Source: an uncultured Clostridia bacterium (GTDB lineage: Bacteria; Bacillota; Clostridia; TANB77; CAG-508). Taken from it: a stretch of 64,000 bases of DNA. Below the pieces are notes generated by a model that was not told where the DNA came from, did not search any database, and saw only the letters and a list, made by a program, of their open reading frames with translations. Positions 1 through 9,534 of this stretch are shown in pieces. The stretch's first letter is position 1. Each line of letters opens with the position of its first letter. The position numbers and the translations under genes are program-made. Location of the stretch: assembly GCA_934141475.1 (NCBI GenBank), contig CAKPCG010000005.1, positions 1,962 through 65,961 on the forward strand, in the 5' to 3' direction.

Positions 1-1741
1 TAATTCCTATAAAGTTCATTGAAGCAACATTATCTCTCCAAAATGGCATACTTTTTGTAAACATTTTTGCAAAACAATTAACTTTTGCACTATCTTGTGC
101 AACATCTGTTGCTTTTGGTAAATGAATTGTCCTTATATTTAGCTTTCTTGGAACTTCTACATCAGAATGATAATTATCTCCAATATGTATTAATTCTCTG
201 CTATTTATTTTTAAGTCATTTACAACATATTTAAATAAATCTCCTCTTGCTTTAGTAAGCTTTATTTCTGAGGATAAATATAATTTTTCATTATCTACAT
301 ACCCATTTTTTTCTAAAATTTGTTTAATTATTTCTTCTGGCAAATACATATCTGATGTAAATACAACTTTTTTACCCATTGCTAAAGCTAAAGAGTATAG
401 TTCATATCCTATATTTCTTCTTTCACAAAATCTTATTTCATATTCTACTTCTTTTCTTTTTAGCTTTTCTGCTGCTTCATGGCTTATATTGTATTCTTTT
501 TCTAATGTATTATATATTTCGTCTAATGTTACATCTTGGCAGTTTTCTGTTTCAAGTCTTTCTCTTGTTAGCTCTTCAACATATACTCTTATTTTAGAAA
601 AATCCATTCCAGAAACTCCCACATATTCTCTAAAATACTTATTTAAAAGTACAAATAAATCTGTTGGTCTGAAAAATGGTCTTTTGACTAAAGTATCAAA
701 AATATCAAAACTTACATATTTAATGTCTTTACTACATATTTCTAATTTTACATTTTCTAATGTAGGGTTCCATTTTGTAACTATGCTATATATATATTCT
801 GAATTTTTTATTGTTTCATCACCTGGATAAAATTTCTTTATTAATTTGTTTGCTTCTTCTTTATCCTTTGCAGGCATTTTTGATCTTTTAACATAGTTTT
901 TTTGTTGATTTGCATATAAGCATTTCCATTTATTAAATTTAACTTTGTATTTTTCGTATATCTTAACTTCTTTTAAGAAATCTTCTATAAAATTAAATGA
1001 AGTTCTAATATCTGCTATATTTTTGTTAAATTTACTAAATTTTAGGTCATCTACTGATGTTGATGTTGTATCATGTTTGCAATAATATACACAGTCATTC
1101 TCAACATTTGTAAGTCTTTTTGCATAATAAAATAATACTGTTGAAAAAGCAAAATCTTCTGTCATAAGTAGATGTGTTGTTATTTTTGTGTAATGTTTTA
1201 ATGCTTTTTTCCATATTTCCATTTTATAAATTTTGTTCCAAATAATATGCCAGTCAAAAGATAATCCCTCTTGCTCAAAATATTCGTCTAAACAATCTTC
1301 TCCAACTAAGTTTAAGTGTTTTGCATTAAATAAATTGTATATTTCTCTTCTTCCATCATCATATTCTAGAACCATGTTTCCCATTGCTATATCTGAATTG
1401 TTTTCTTGAATATTATTCATTAATGTTCTATAGTAATCTATAGAAACATAGTCATCACTATCTAAAAATGTAATATATTCTCCTGTTGCTATGCTAGAGC
1501 CTGTTATTCTAGCCTGAAATAACCCTCTATTTACTTCATGTTTTATATATTTTATTCTTTCGTCCAATTTTTCATATTTTTCTGCAATTTCTTCACAATT
1601 TCCCTTAGAGCAGTCATCTACAATTATAACTTCTATATTTTTGTAAGATTGTTCTAAAAGTCTATTTAAACATTTTTCCATATATTTTTCTGAATTGTAT
1701 ACTGGTACAATTATAGATAGTTTTTTTGCCTCACTTTTCAT
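1..1741 (-). CDS. Family-2 glycosyltransferase (GT-A) domain fused to a HAD-like hydrolase domain. Only about 580 N-terminal codons are present because the gene runs off the window start.
   Basis: Own translation of the minus strand from ATG (1739-1741) behind GGAAGGAG gives MKSEAKKLSIIVPVYNSEKYMEKCL..IVDDCS..FLDSDDYV (GT2 motifs), then VSFDIFDTLVKRPF (HAD DxDxT motif I). It is not in the ORF track because there is no stop inside the window. Confidence 0.75.
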   Translation of the reverse strand, partial: MKSEAKKLSIIVPVYNSEKYMEKCLNRLLEQSYKNIEVIIVDDCSKGNCEEIAEKYEKLDERIKYIKHEVNRGLFQARITGSSIATGEYITFLDSDDYVSIDYYRTLMNNIQENNSDIAMGNMVLEYDDGRREIYNLFNAKHLNLVGEDCLDEYFEQEGLSFDWHIIWNKIYKMEIWKKALKHYTKITTHLLMTEDFAFSTVLFYYAKRLTNVENDCVYYCKHDTTSTSVDDLKFSKFNKNIADIRTSFNFIEDFLKEVKIYEKYKVKFNKWKCLYANQQKNYVKRSKMPAKDKEEANKLIKKFYPGDETIKNSEYIYSIVTKWNPTLENVKLEICSKDIKYVSFDIFDTLVKRPFFRPTDLFVLLNKYFREYVGVSGMDFSKIRVYVEELTRERLETENCQDVTLDEIYNTLEKEYNISHEAAEKLKRKEVEYEIRFCERRNIGYELYSLALAMGKKVVFTSDMYLPEEIIKQILEKNGYVDNEKLYLSSEIKLTKARGDLFKYVVNDLKINSRELIHIGDNYHSDVEVPRKLNIRTIHLPKATDVAQDSAKVNCFAKMFTKSMPFWRDNVASMNFIGI

Positions 1742-1796
1742 TTTGTGCTCCTTCCTTGTTTTCCATATCTTATCTTTTATTTTAATACTTGTCAAG

Positions 1797-4757
1797 TTAA
1801 TTTTTTCTTCCTAAAAATTCGTCAATTTTTTCAAAAGCCTTCCATTTTTTGCTATTATATATTTCGTTTAATTTACTTTCTTTTTCATTTATAATTTTAT
1901 CTTTTTCTTCTTGTATTTTATTAATTTTATTATTTAAATCTTCAATTTCTTTTTGTAAATTTTTAGTTAATTCTATATTAAATAATTCTGTTGTTCTTTT
2001 TTGATTTTTAGCATTTAATTCATTATTCCATTCCTCAATTGCAGGTATTTTTTCACCCAAGCCTACTGAATCTTCGAAATATATTCCATAAAAAATTTCT
2101 TGGTCAATTTGTTTGGGCGAATTTATATACATCTCGTGTGGTAATGATATGTAGTACTTTTGATAATACAATTCATTAATATCGTCTTTAAAAATACTTA
2201 CTATATCTTTGATAAATTCAATTGCCTTATTTTGCATTGCATCAAAAACAAATCTTTCTTGATAAAATTCCTTTCTTTCTTCAAATAATGGAATTACATT
2301 TTCATTTTCGTCAAAATCATAACCAATGCAAGATAAATCTGCAGTTGACATCAAACTTTCTCTAACAACTCCTGTAATTGCAGGTCTATTTTCGAAATAT
2401 GTTTTTAGATTAAATCCTCCTAATTTAGAATTTTGCAAAGCCTCTTCATTACTTATATTTAAAAAATATGTGTCTATCTGCTTATCACATAATTTTGTTA
2501 AATATAATTCTGGTTTGGCACTATAGCCAATATCAAAAGCAGATGTTTTTTGGCTGAATTTTTTACTAAAATATTGTTTTAAGTTTTTCTTTATTTTTGT
2601 ATGTTTTTCTTTATCATAAAATTTATCTATTATTAAATTTATATAATTATTAAATTCTGTTTTGCTTTCAAATTTTTTGTCACAATCTATATCATTTAAT
2701 TTACATTCTTCTTCTAAATTTTCTAAATTAGATAATATATTTTTAATATATTTTAATATTGTTTTTGGTGTGTATTTATAAATATCTATTAATTCAGAAA
2801 GTTTAAAAAAGTCCATTCTATTATTTATCGTTATAGGAATTATTGCTCTTCTTGAAATATATAAATATTTTTCTTCTGGTGCATCTATATAGCATTTTTT
2901 TAATATTTCATATGCTTTCATTATCCAATATCCATCTCTTGCAAAGAAAACAATATTGTCATAATTTTCTTTTATTAAATCTTTTATAAGCCAATTTGTT
3001 ACTCCAAATAAGTGCATTCCAAGTGCATAATATCCTATTAAATTTGGATCTGCATTAAAATCTGTTTGGTTATTAAATGTTTTATATGGGTTGTCAAAAT
3101 ACTTATTTGCAACTAATGCAAGCATTACTCTAATTCCTAAAAAATTTAATCCATTTTGTGTATCTTGCCACATTGGTATATTTTTTGTAAATACCATACC
3201 TAAGGCATTTGTTATATTTTCGTTTAAAAAAACATCTGATGCTTTAGGTAAAAACATGGCATTTATTTTTTGTTTTTTAGCTTGTTCATAATCTGAATAA
3301 TAGTTATCTCCTATATGTACAATTTTATTACCTTCTATTTTTAAGTCATCTAAAGCATACTTATATATATCTCCTGTAAATTTTGTTAATTTTATTTCTG
3401 ATGATAAATAGATTTTTTCTAGATTATATCCATTTTTTTCAACTATTTTTTTTATTGTATCTATAGGTAAATACATGTCTGATATGCAAATCACTTTTTT
3501 GTTTAAATATTTTGCTAAGTCATAGATTTCTTTTGCTGTTTTTCTTTTAGTACAAAATCTGATTTCTAATTCTTGTTCTTTTGCTTTTAATTTTTTTATT
3601 ATTTCTTCATCTATTTTTGTTATATTTTTTATTTCTTCATAAATTTGGTCTAAAGTTATATCTTGTATATTAGGCTTATTACATAATTTTGTTCTTGCAC
3701 TTCTTTCCGCTTCTACTCTAATTTTAGAAAAATCCATTCCGGTTTCTATATTTGACAATTCTCTAAACTCTTTATTTAAAAATGTAAATAAATCTATAGG
3801 ACTCCAAAATGGTCTTAAAACAAGAGTGTCGAAAATATCAAAACTTACAATTTGAGTATTTGGAGACATAATCTCTTTTTTTAAATTTTCTAAATTATCA
3901 TTCCATGCTGTTTTTACAACTTGTAATATATCTTTTTTTAGTTCTGTTTCGTTTTTTAAATATATTTCTTTAAATTCTGAAAAATCTATATTTATATTAT
4001 TTTTATTTAAAAATTCTTCTATATAATTAAAATTCTGTTCTGTATTTAAATATAAATTCTCATTAGTATCTAAATTTTTATTTGATAATAGCTTTCTTGT
4101 TGCTTCAAACACATTTTGTTCAAAGCTGTAAAATATCATCTCATTTTCTACTACATTTATTTTACTTGCATAGTAAAACATAATAGTAAAAAAATAGAAG
4201 TTTTGTATATAATTATTTATTTTATAAATCTCATTTACTGCCTTAAAAAATAACTCTTTTGTATATATTTTATTACTATAAATATTCCACAAAAATGACA
4301 CTGTAGACAATTTAAAATATTCATCTAAAACATTTTTTCCGTTCAATTCCTTTAGGGAAGCTTCGCTGAAATTAAGGTAAGCTTTTCCTCCATCTAGGTA
4401 ATTTAAAATAGCATTACTAATTACAATATCTGAATTTTTTTCTGAAGCTTTTGCACACATAGTTCTGTAGTAATCAATAGTTAAAGTGTCTTCACTGTTT
4501 AATATAGATATGTAAAAACCTGTTATTAGATTTTCATTTTTCTTTATTGTGGCAAAAATATTTTTCTCTGTTATAATGTAGTTTATATTTAAGTTATTAT
4601 ATTTTGGTTTTAGATTATTTATATTGTCTTCATTTTCTTTTTTGTATAAAAACATTATTTCTATGTCTTTTATATAGCTTTGTTTAGATATATTTTCCAA
4701 ACATTTTTCTATATTATTATTTGCAATAATAATAAGAGTTATTTTTTTATATTCCAT
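1797..4757 (-). CDS. Paralogue of the upstream GT2-HAD protein, with a degenerate GT2-like N-domain, a HAD-like domain and a C-terminal coiled coil.
   Basis: ORF track 1797..4805. I prefer the ATG at 4757 (MEYKKITLIII) because AGGAGGA lies 5-11 nt upstream. VSFDIFDTLVLRPF matches HAD motif I. The GT2 signatures are replaced (MFLYKKE for VDDCS, NSED for DSDD). The heptad-like tail is QKEIEDLNNKINKIQEEKDKIINEKESKL. Confidence 0.7.
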   Translation of the reverse strand: MEYKKITLIIIANNNIEKCLENISKQSYIKDIEIMFLYKKENEDNINNLKPKYNNLNINYIITEKNIFATIKKNENLITGFYISILNSEDTLTIDYYRTMCAKASEKNSDIVISNAILNYLDGGKAYLNFSEASLKELNGKNVLDEYFKLSTVSFLWNIYSNKIYTKELFFKAVNEIYKINNYIQNFYFFTIMFYYASKINVVENEMIFYSFEQNVFEATRKLLSNKNLDTNENLYLNTEQNFNYIEEFLNKNNINIDFSEFKEIYLKNETELKKDILQVVKTAWNDNLENLKKEIMSPNTQIVSFDIFDTLVLRPFWSPIDLFTFLNKEFRELSNIETGMDFSKIRVEAERSARTKLCNKPNIQDITLDQIYEEIKNITKIDEEIIKKLKAKEQELEIRFCTKRKTAKEIYDLAKYLNKKVICISDMYLPIDTIKKIVEKNGYNLEKIYLSSEIKLTKFTGDIYKYALDDLKIEGNKIVHIGDNYYSDYEQAKKQKINAMFLPKASDVFLNENITNALGMVFTKNIPMWQDTQNGLNFLGIRVMLALVANKYFDNPYKTFNNQTDFNADPNLIGYYALGMHLFGVTNWLIKDLIKENYDNIVFFARDGYWIMKAYEILKKCYIDAPEEKYLYISRRAIIPITINNRMDFFKLSELIDIYKYTPKTILKYIKNILSNLENLEEECKLNDIDCDKKFESKTEFNNYINLIIDKFYDKEKHTKIKKNLKQYFSKKFSQKTSAFDIGYSAKPELYLTKLCDKQIDTYFLNISNEEALQNSKLGGFNLKTYFENRPAITGVVRESLMSTADLSCIGYDFDENENVIPLFEERKEFYQERFVFDAMQNKAIEFIKDIVSIFKDDINELYYQKYYISLPHEMYINSPKQIDQEIFYGIYFEDSVGLGEKIPAIEEWNNELNAKNQKRTTELFNIELTKNLQKEIEDLNNKINKIQEEKDKIINEKESKLNEIYNSKKWKAFEKIDEFLGRKN

Positions 4758-4899
4758 GGTTTCCTCCTGGTTTGGCTTTGTTTTTTTGCTTTTCTTTAAA
4801 GCCATTTATTTTTATGTATTTTTTTATTGTTTGAGTTCTTTTAGATTCTTTTTTTGCAAGAGTATTCTATCATATAGTATAAAATATTTCAATTAAGTT

Positions 4900-5445
4900 T
4901 TATATTTCTACTTTTATATTTTTTCTTGCATTTTCATCTTCTATTCTAAATAATGATTCACTTTCAAACCCAAACATTTTTGCAATTATATTATATGGAA
5001 CTATACTTATTTTTGTATTATAGTTTGTTACATCAACATTGTATATTCTTCTTGCTGCTTGTAGCTGACTTTCTATTTTTTCTAAATTTTTTTGTAAATT
5101 TAAAAAATGTTCGCTAGCTTTTAAATCTGGGTAATTTTCAGCAACTGCAATAATACTGTTTATTTGTTCATTTAATTCTTGGCTAACTTTTAAGTCTTTT
5201 GTGTTATTGTACGCAGTTCTTAATTTAGTAATATTTTCAAAAACCTCTTTTTCGTGTTTCATATATCCTTTTACTGTTTCAATTAAATTAGGTATAAGGT
5301 CAAATCTTTGCTGGCAATATACATCAATACCAGATTTAGATTGTTTAACCTTCATTTTTAAAGTTACTAAAGTGTTATATTGAATAAATGTTAGTAACAT
5401 TAATAAAAGTATAACCCCTATTCCGACTCCTATTCCAATACTCAT
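4900..5445 (-). CDS. lemA: LemA family membrane protein
   Basis: N-terminal TM helix, QQRFDLIPNLIETVKGYMKHE and ENYPDLKASEHF..RRIYN motifs typical of LemA. Confidence 0.85.
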   Translation of the reverse strand: MSIGIGVGIGVILLLMLLTFIQYNTLVTLKMKVKQSKSGIDVYCQQRFDLIPNLIETVKGYMKHEKEVFENITKLRTAYNNTKDLKVSQELNEQINSIIAVAENYPDLKASEHFLNLQKNLEKIESQLQAARRIYNVDVTNYNTKISIVPYNIIAKMFGFESESLFRIEDENARKNIKVEI

Positions 5446-5463
5446 TTTTTAATCCTCCATTTT

Positions 5464-6438
5464 TTAGTTATATTGTGTTTCGTTTAATAAATTTATTATT
5501 TTATCTGATATTTTAAATGTAAAATCTACCATTTTGTAATATCTATATAAAGTATCTCTATCTAACGAAAATTTTTTTAGTTTTGCTGTTTCAAACATTT
5601 CTCCACACCAAAATCTGATATAAATATAATTTTCTTTTATTGTTAATTCATAAGGAATTTCTAATTCATTGTAAAATTGTATTAAATCTTGCATAATGTC
5701 TGCTGTTAGCAATTGCATAGCTATTATTTTGTCTGAAGCATATACGTCAAATATTTTTTCAAATTCTGGGGAGTCTAGTTGTATTCTTAGTTTGTCAAAT
5801 GGTAATTTCCAAGAAAATAATCTATTGAAAAAATTTTGGTCTTTTATATCATTTCTTATATATAGTAATGTATTAAATGGCTTTGGTGTTTCCATTTTGG
5901 CAAATAAGCCACTAAATATTGTTGAATATTTTACATTTCCATCACTGTCTGTATGTTCAGATTCTGTTAACACTTCTGACATTTCAAATTTACAATTATT
6001 TTTTAATGTTCCTTTTATTAAATCTTCTGCGTTATATCTATCGTATCTTTCAAACTCTGCTTCTTTATATTCCATTGATAATACTCCGTCTTTTGGTGTA
6101 TATTCAAGCTGTTCTCCAAATGATTTTATCATTGCTCTTATTATTCTTGTTTTAAAATCCATTGTGTATTTTTCTATTTTTGATTTTCCACCTCTGGTTA
6201 TTATTACAGTATATACTATTATTGACATAATAAATATAAATTCTACATTTCCTATTGCTATTTCGTCTGTTAATTTATATACTCCATAATTTAGTATTAC
6301 GTTTATTAATAGAATTAATAGTAACATAAATTTATTTCGTCTATTTTCTTCTTGTGCGTCTTTTCTTGATTTTTCCATATCATCTGAATTTTCGCTTACT
6401 ACTTTTTTGTAAAATTGATTGAATTTTTCTTCTGTCAT
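5464..6438 (-). CDS. Membrane protein resembling the DUF3137 family that commonly accompanies LemA
   Basis: ORF track 5464..6528. The ATG at 6438 (MTEEKFNQFY) follows AAGGAG. Two central TM helices, then FERYDRYNAEDLIKG..FEMSEV. The family call is from memory of LemA neighbourhoods only. Confidence 0.5.
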   Translation of the reverse strand: MTEEKFNQFYKKVVSENSDDMEKSRKDAQEENRRNKFMLLLILLINVILNYGVYKLTDEIAIGNVEFIFIMSIIVYTVIITRGGKSKIEKYTMDFKTRIIRAMIKSFGEQLEYTPKDGVLSMEYKEAEFERYDRYNAEDLIKGTLKNNCKFEMSEVLTESEHTDSDGNVKYSTIFSGLFAKMETPKPFNTLLYIRNDIKDQNFFNRLFSWKLPFDKLRIQLDSPEFEKIFDVYASDKIIAMQLLTADIMQDLIQFYNELEIPYELTIKENYIYIRFWCGEMFETAKLKKFSLDRDTLYRYYKMVDFTFKISDKIINLLNETQYN

Positions 6439-6567
6439 TGTAAATTTTTCTCCTTTTATTGGTATTTTGTTGATTGTGTTGTTTTTGTTTTGCGTTTTTA
6501 TTATAGCATATGGTATTTTATTGTTCAATATTTATTGGTTTCTTTTTTGGGGTGATTTGGAGGTAGT

Positions 6568-6600
6568 AAAAATGGGACTTTGAAAGTCCCATTTTTGGTT
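6568..6600. terminator. Rho-independent terminator hairpin, A/T-flanked and usable on both strands, downstream of the GLUG-A gene
   Basis: aaaaATGGGACTT-tga-AAGTCCCATtttt. The core stem is 9 bp and extends to 13 bp through the A/T flanks. Confidence 0.6.
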
Positions 6601-6650
6601 TTTGTAATTTGAGTTGTATGTTTTGGCTTTTTGATGTAGTTTGGAATTTT

Positions 6651-9392
6651 TTATTCTGCAAATACCGGTTTTCCGTTTTCTAGTTTCCAGCTTTTTAGTT
6701 TTGTTGTGTTTTCTGGATTGCTATTTTCTTGTTCTATTTTAGTATTTAAGTTATCTATAAACTTTTTTAAACTCATTATTTCATCCATTTCTGATTTATT
6801 CTTTCCTATACAGCTATCTGTTTTGGCATTTGAGTCTTTTATTAGATAGTAACAGTTTCCTTTAATTGTACCCATTCCTACTATTTCTCCTCTTACATAT
6901 GCTCCATTTTCTGGTCCTGTTACATCTCCAGTATTATGTGAATCTGTAGCAGTTCCGTTTCCAACTATTCCTCCTACAGGATTACTGTTATTATTCTTTA
7001 TATATCCTGTGTTATAACAATAAGCTACTGTTCCAGTTGATGTAATCCCTCCTACTATTGAAGTTCCTTCTATTTCACCTGTATTATAGCAATCTGTTAC
7101 AGTTCCTCCATAGCCTGAAATTCCTCCTGCACATCCACTTTTAATTCTGCCAGAATTAAAACATTTTGAAGCTTTGAATTCACTACCTCCCATTGTAGAA
7201 TTTATTCCTCCCGAATTAGCTCCTCCTATTATTTCTCCGGTATTATAGCTATTCTCAACTGTACCAAAGCAACTAATTCCAGCTGCTAGAGATTTACTCT
7301 CTATTTTTCCTGTATTATAACTATTAGTTATTTTGCTTCCCTCACTGCCTGCTATTCCTGAAACAATTGGCTGATTGCTACTTTCACTTATAACATCCCC
7401 TGTATTATAGCATCCATTAGCAATTGTCTTTCCTGCGCCTACAATTCCACCTACTTTTGTTCCTCCATATATATTGGCTGTATTAATGCAATCTTCTAAA
7501 ATTATTACATCATTTTGGTTATTGCTCTGTCCATATCCAACCATTCCTCCTGCATTCCATTTACCATTTAACAAATCAGTTTCATTTTTACAGCCTTTTA
7601 TATTTATTTTTTTTGTATTTTTATCTCCGGTTTCAATTGATCCAATCATTCCTCCAACAATAGTGCTATTAATTCCGCCTTCAGTTTTTCCAATTTTTCC
7701 TCTGTTTTGGCAATTCTCTAAATTTATTTTATTACACGACGTCTCTCCTAATATTCCGCCTAATCTATCTCCATCTATTATCCCATTGTTTTCACAATTT
7801 TTTATGCTTACTTCTCCATTTATTATATACCCCGCTATTCCTCCGCAATCCGCAGTTCCTGTTAGTTCTGCATTATTAGTGCTTTCAGAAATACTTATTA
7901 TAATAGGTTTATTATAACAATAGGCTACAATTCCTCCTGTCATAGAAGCATATTCTATATCAAAATTATTTGTAAATTTATTAATATCTATATTAGATTC
8001 TCCCGAAACATTTCCAATTCCTCCTGCTGCATATAATGAAACTTTATCATCATTCTTTAAATTTCCATCAATTAATATATCTTCCATTTTTAGTCTATTT
8101 ACTTCTTTTATTTCTCCAGCTACTCCTCCATAATAGCTATAACCTCTTTTTTTTAATATTATATTAGCATTATTTCTAAAATTAATAATATTTACACTAT
8201 TAGCTTTTTCTATTTTCCCAATTGCTCCTCCAAATGTTTTGACATTATATTCTTCTTTATCATTAAAATTATTGCATCCTGTAATTGTTAAATCAATACT
8301 TTCTCCCTCAACTAAACCTACTATCCCTCCAGATGCAGTACCTTCATTTAATGTTGTTGTATTATAGCAATTATTTATATTTAAATTCACATTTCCTTCA
8401 ACGCTTCCAATTATTCCTCCTCCATGTTCTGCATTAATACTTTTTCCAAAGTTATTTTTAATATTTGAAACTATTACATTTTTGCTTCCGGTCAAACTTG
8501 CTATTATTCCATAATTACTTGCTACTTGTACTTCTGCTATTCCCTGTTTCAACGTAAAATCTTTAAATTCAATATCCTGCACAGCATTAATATTTCCAAA
8601 TACACCATAAGAACCATCTCTTGTGGAAAATTTAGCATTATATAGTGCATGTCCTTTTCCATCAAAGCTTCCTTTATAAACATTATTATATATACCTATT
8701 CCTATAAACCCATTTCTTTCTATCATGTACTGCTTTATTGTTGTATTCCCTTTGCGATTCTCATCTTCTGGTATATATCCATAATATTCTTCTATATAAA
8801 CAGCGTTCTCATTCCTATATGAATTGAATTCCCCTGTAAACCATAAATCTCTTCCTAGTTCTACTGTTTCTCCTTCATAGCTATTCTGCCCAGATCCTAC
8901 TTCATAAGATAGTGCTACTAAATCTTCAATACTGTTTATTTGCCAAGCATGCTCTCCTACTTTTTCTAGCTCTCCTGGGTGTTCGTCTACTTTTAAGTCT
9001 TCTTTGCTAGGTACTTTTTCTACTACTCCATCTTTTATTTGATATACGTTTCCTGTTTTCTTCACAGTTACATTATATCCATCACTTATTATTTCTCCTT
9101 CTCCACCATCTTTTCCAAATTGGTTTTTGATTGCTTTATCTAATATATCCTGTGTTAGATTATCATGTATATTTAATGTTTGTGTTGTTACTTCCATTGC
9201 TAATAATTTTACTTGTTCTTCTTCTTGGGCTGTTCCCGTCATGTCTCTTGCTTCTGATGCTCTATTTAGTATTCCATTTTGTCCTGTTAGCATCATTATT
9301 ACTATTCCAACTAATATTAGCAGTACAATTATAGTTACTACTAACGCAATTAAAGTTATTCCTTTGTTTCTTTTTAATGTTTTTTTGTACAT
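6651..9392 (-). CDS. Large surface protein (GLUG-A, intact, 913 aa) with a prepilin-like N-terminal hydrophobic leader and many GLUG-type (GGIxG..NCxNxG) beta-helix repeats
   Basis: ORF track. N-terminus MYKKTLKRNKGITLIALVVTIIVLLILVGIVIMMLTGQNGIL. More than 20 repeats of GGI[VIA]G...[NC].N.G. C-terminal KSWKLENGKPVFAE. RBS AAAGGGGGA. Confidence 0.8.
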   Translation of the reverse strand: MYKKTLKRNKGITLIALVVTIIVLLILVGIVIMMLTGQNGILNRASEARDMTGTAQEEEQVKLLAMEVTTQTLNIHDNLTQDILDKAIKNQFGKDGGEGEIISDGYNVTVKKTGNVYQIKDGVVEKVPSKEDLKVDEHPGELEKVGEHAWQINSIEDLVALSYEVGSGQNSYEGETVELGRDLWFTGEFNSYRNENAVYIEEYYGYIPEDENRKGNTTIKQYMIERNGFIGIGIYNNVYKGSFDGKGHALYNAKFSTRDGSYGVFGNINAVQDIEFKDFTLKQGIAEVQVASNYGIIASLTGSKNVIVSNIKNNFGKSINAEHGGGIIGSVEGNVNLNINNCYNTTTLNEGTASGGIVGLVEGESIDLTITGCNNFNDKEEYNVKTFGGAIGKIEKANSVNIINFRNNANIILKKRGYSYYGGVAGEIKEVNRLKMEDILIDGNLKNDDKVSLYAAGGIGNVSGESNIDINKFTNNFDIEYASMTGGIVAYCYNKPIIISISESTNNAELTGTADCGGIAGYIINGEVSIKNCENNGIIDGDRLGGILGETSCNKINLENCQNRGKIGKTEGGINSTIVGGMIGSIETGDKNTKKINIKGCKNETDLLNGKWNAGGMVGYGQSNNQNDVIILEDCINTANIYGGTKVGGIVGAGKTIANGCYNTGDVISESSNQPIVSGIAGSEGSKITNSYNTGKIESKSLAAGISCFGTVENSYNTGEIIGGANSGGINSTMGGSEFKASKCFNSGRIKSGCAGGISGYGGTVTDCYNTGEIEGTSIVGGITSTGTVAYCYNTGYIKNNNSNPVGGIVGNGTATDSHNTGDVTGPENGAYVRGEIVGMGTIKGNCYYLIKDSNAKTDSCIGKNKSEMDEIMSLKKFIDNLNTKIEQENSNPENTTKLKSWKLENGKPVFAE

Positions 9393-9449
9393 TTTTATCC
9401 CCCTTTGTTTTTATGTGTCCATACTATCATACTACATATTTTTTTGCAA
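8838..9449 (-). repeat. Copy 1 of a direct repeat covering the promoter, 5' UTR and N-terminal module of the GLUG genes; partner at 12028-12641
   Basis: Hand alignment at an offset of 3190-3192 nt. 9000-9392 versus 12190-12582 differs at only a handful of positions. Identity decays below about 8840. Confidence 0.85.
9421..9449 (-). promoter_or_regulatory. Sigma-A type promoter of GLUG-A
   Basis: Minus strand reads TTGCAA-17 nt-TAGTAT with TGn immediately upstream of the -10. Confidence 0.5.
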
Positions 9450-9484
9450 TTATTTTATAGATTATTAATCTATTTTCTTCTAAT

Positions 9485-9518
9485 GCAAAAAATGGAATGA
9501 CTTTTATAATCATTCCAT
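9485..9518 (-). terminator. Terminator of GLUG-B
   Basis: Minus strand reads ATGGAATGA-loop-TCATTCCAT followed by TTTTTTGC. Confidence 0.6.
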
Positions 9519-9534
9519 CTTTATTATATATTCT

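Noticed and set aside
379-830. Plus-strand ORFs 379..597 and 489..830 at the window start.
   Set aside because: The minus strand here encodes a continuous, motif-bearing GT2-HAD protein (1..1741) that the track missed only because it has no stop in the window.
5696-6289. Plus-strand ORFs antisense to long minus-strand genes (for example 5696..6289, 7474..7917, 9127..9468, 12317..12754, 21966..22448, 27769..28245, 29389..29826, 32733..33143, 50144..50698).
   Set aside because: They are Leu/Phe/Ile/Ser-rich low-complexity translations with no RBS and no recognisable motifs. Each lies wholly inside a well-supported gene on the other strand. This is the expected by-product of AT-rich coding DNA.
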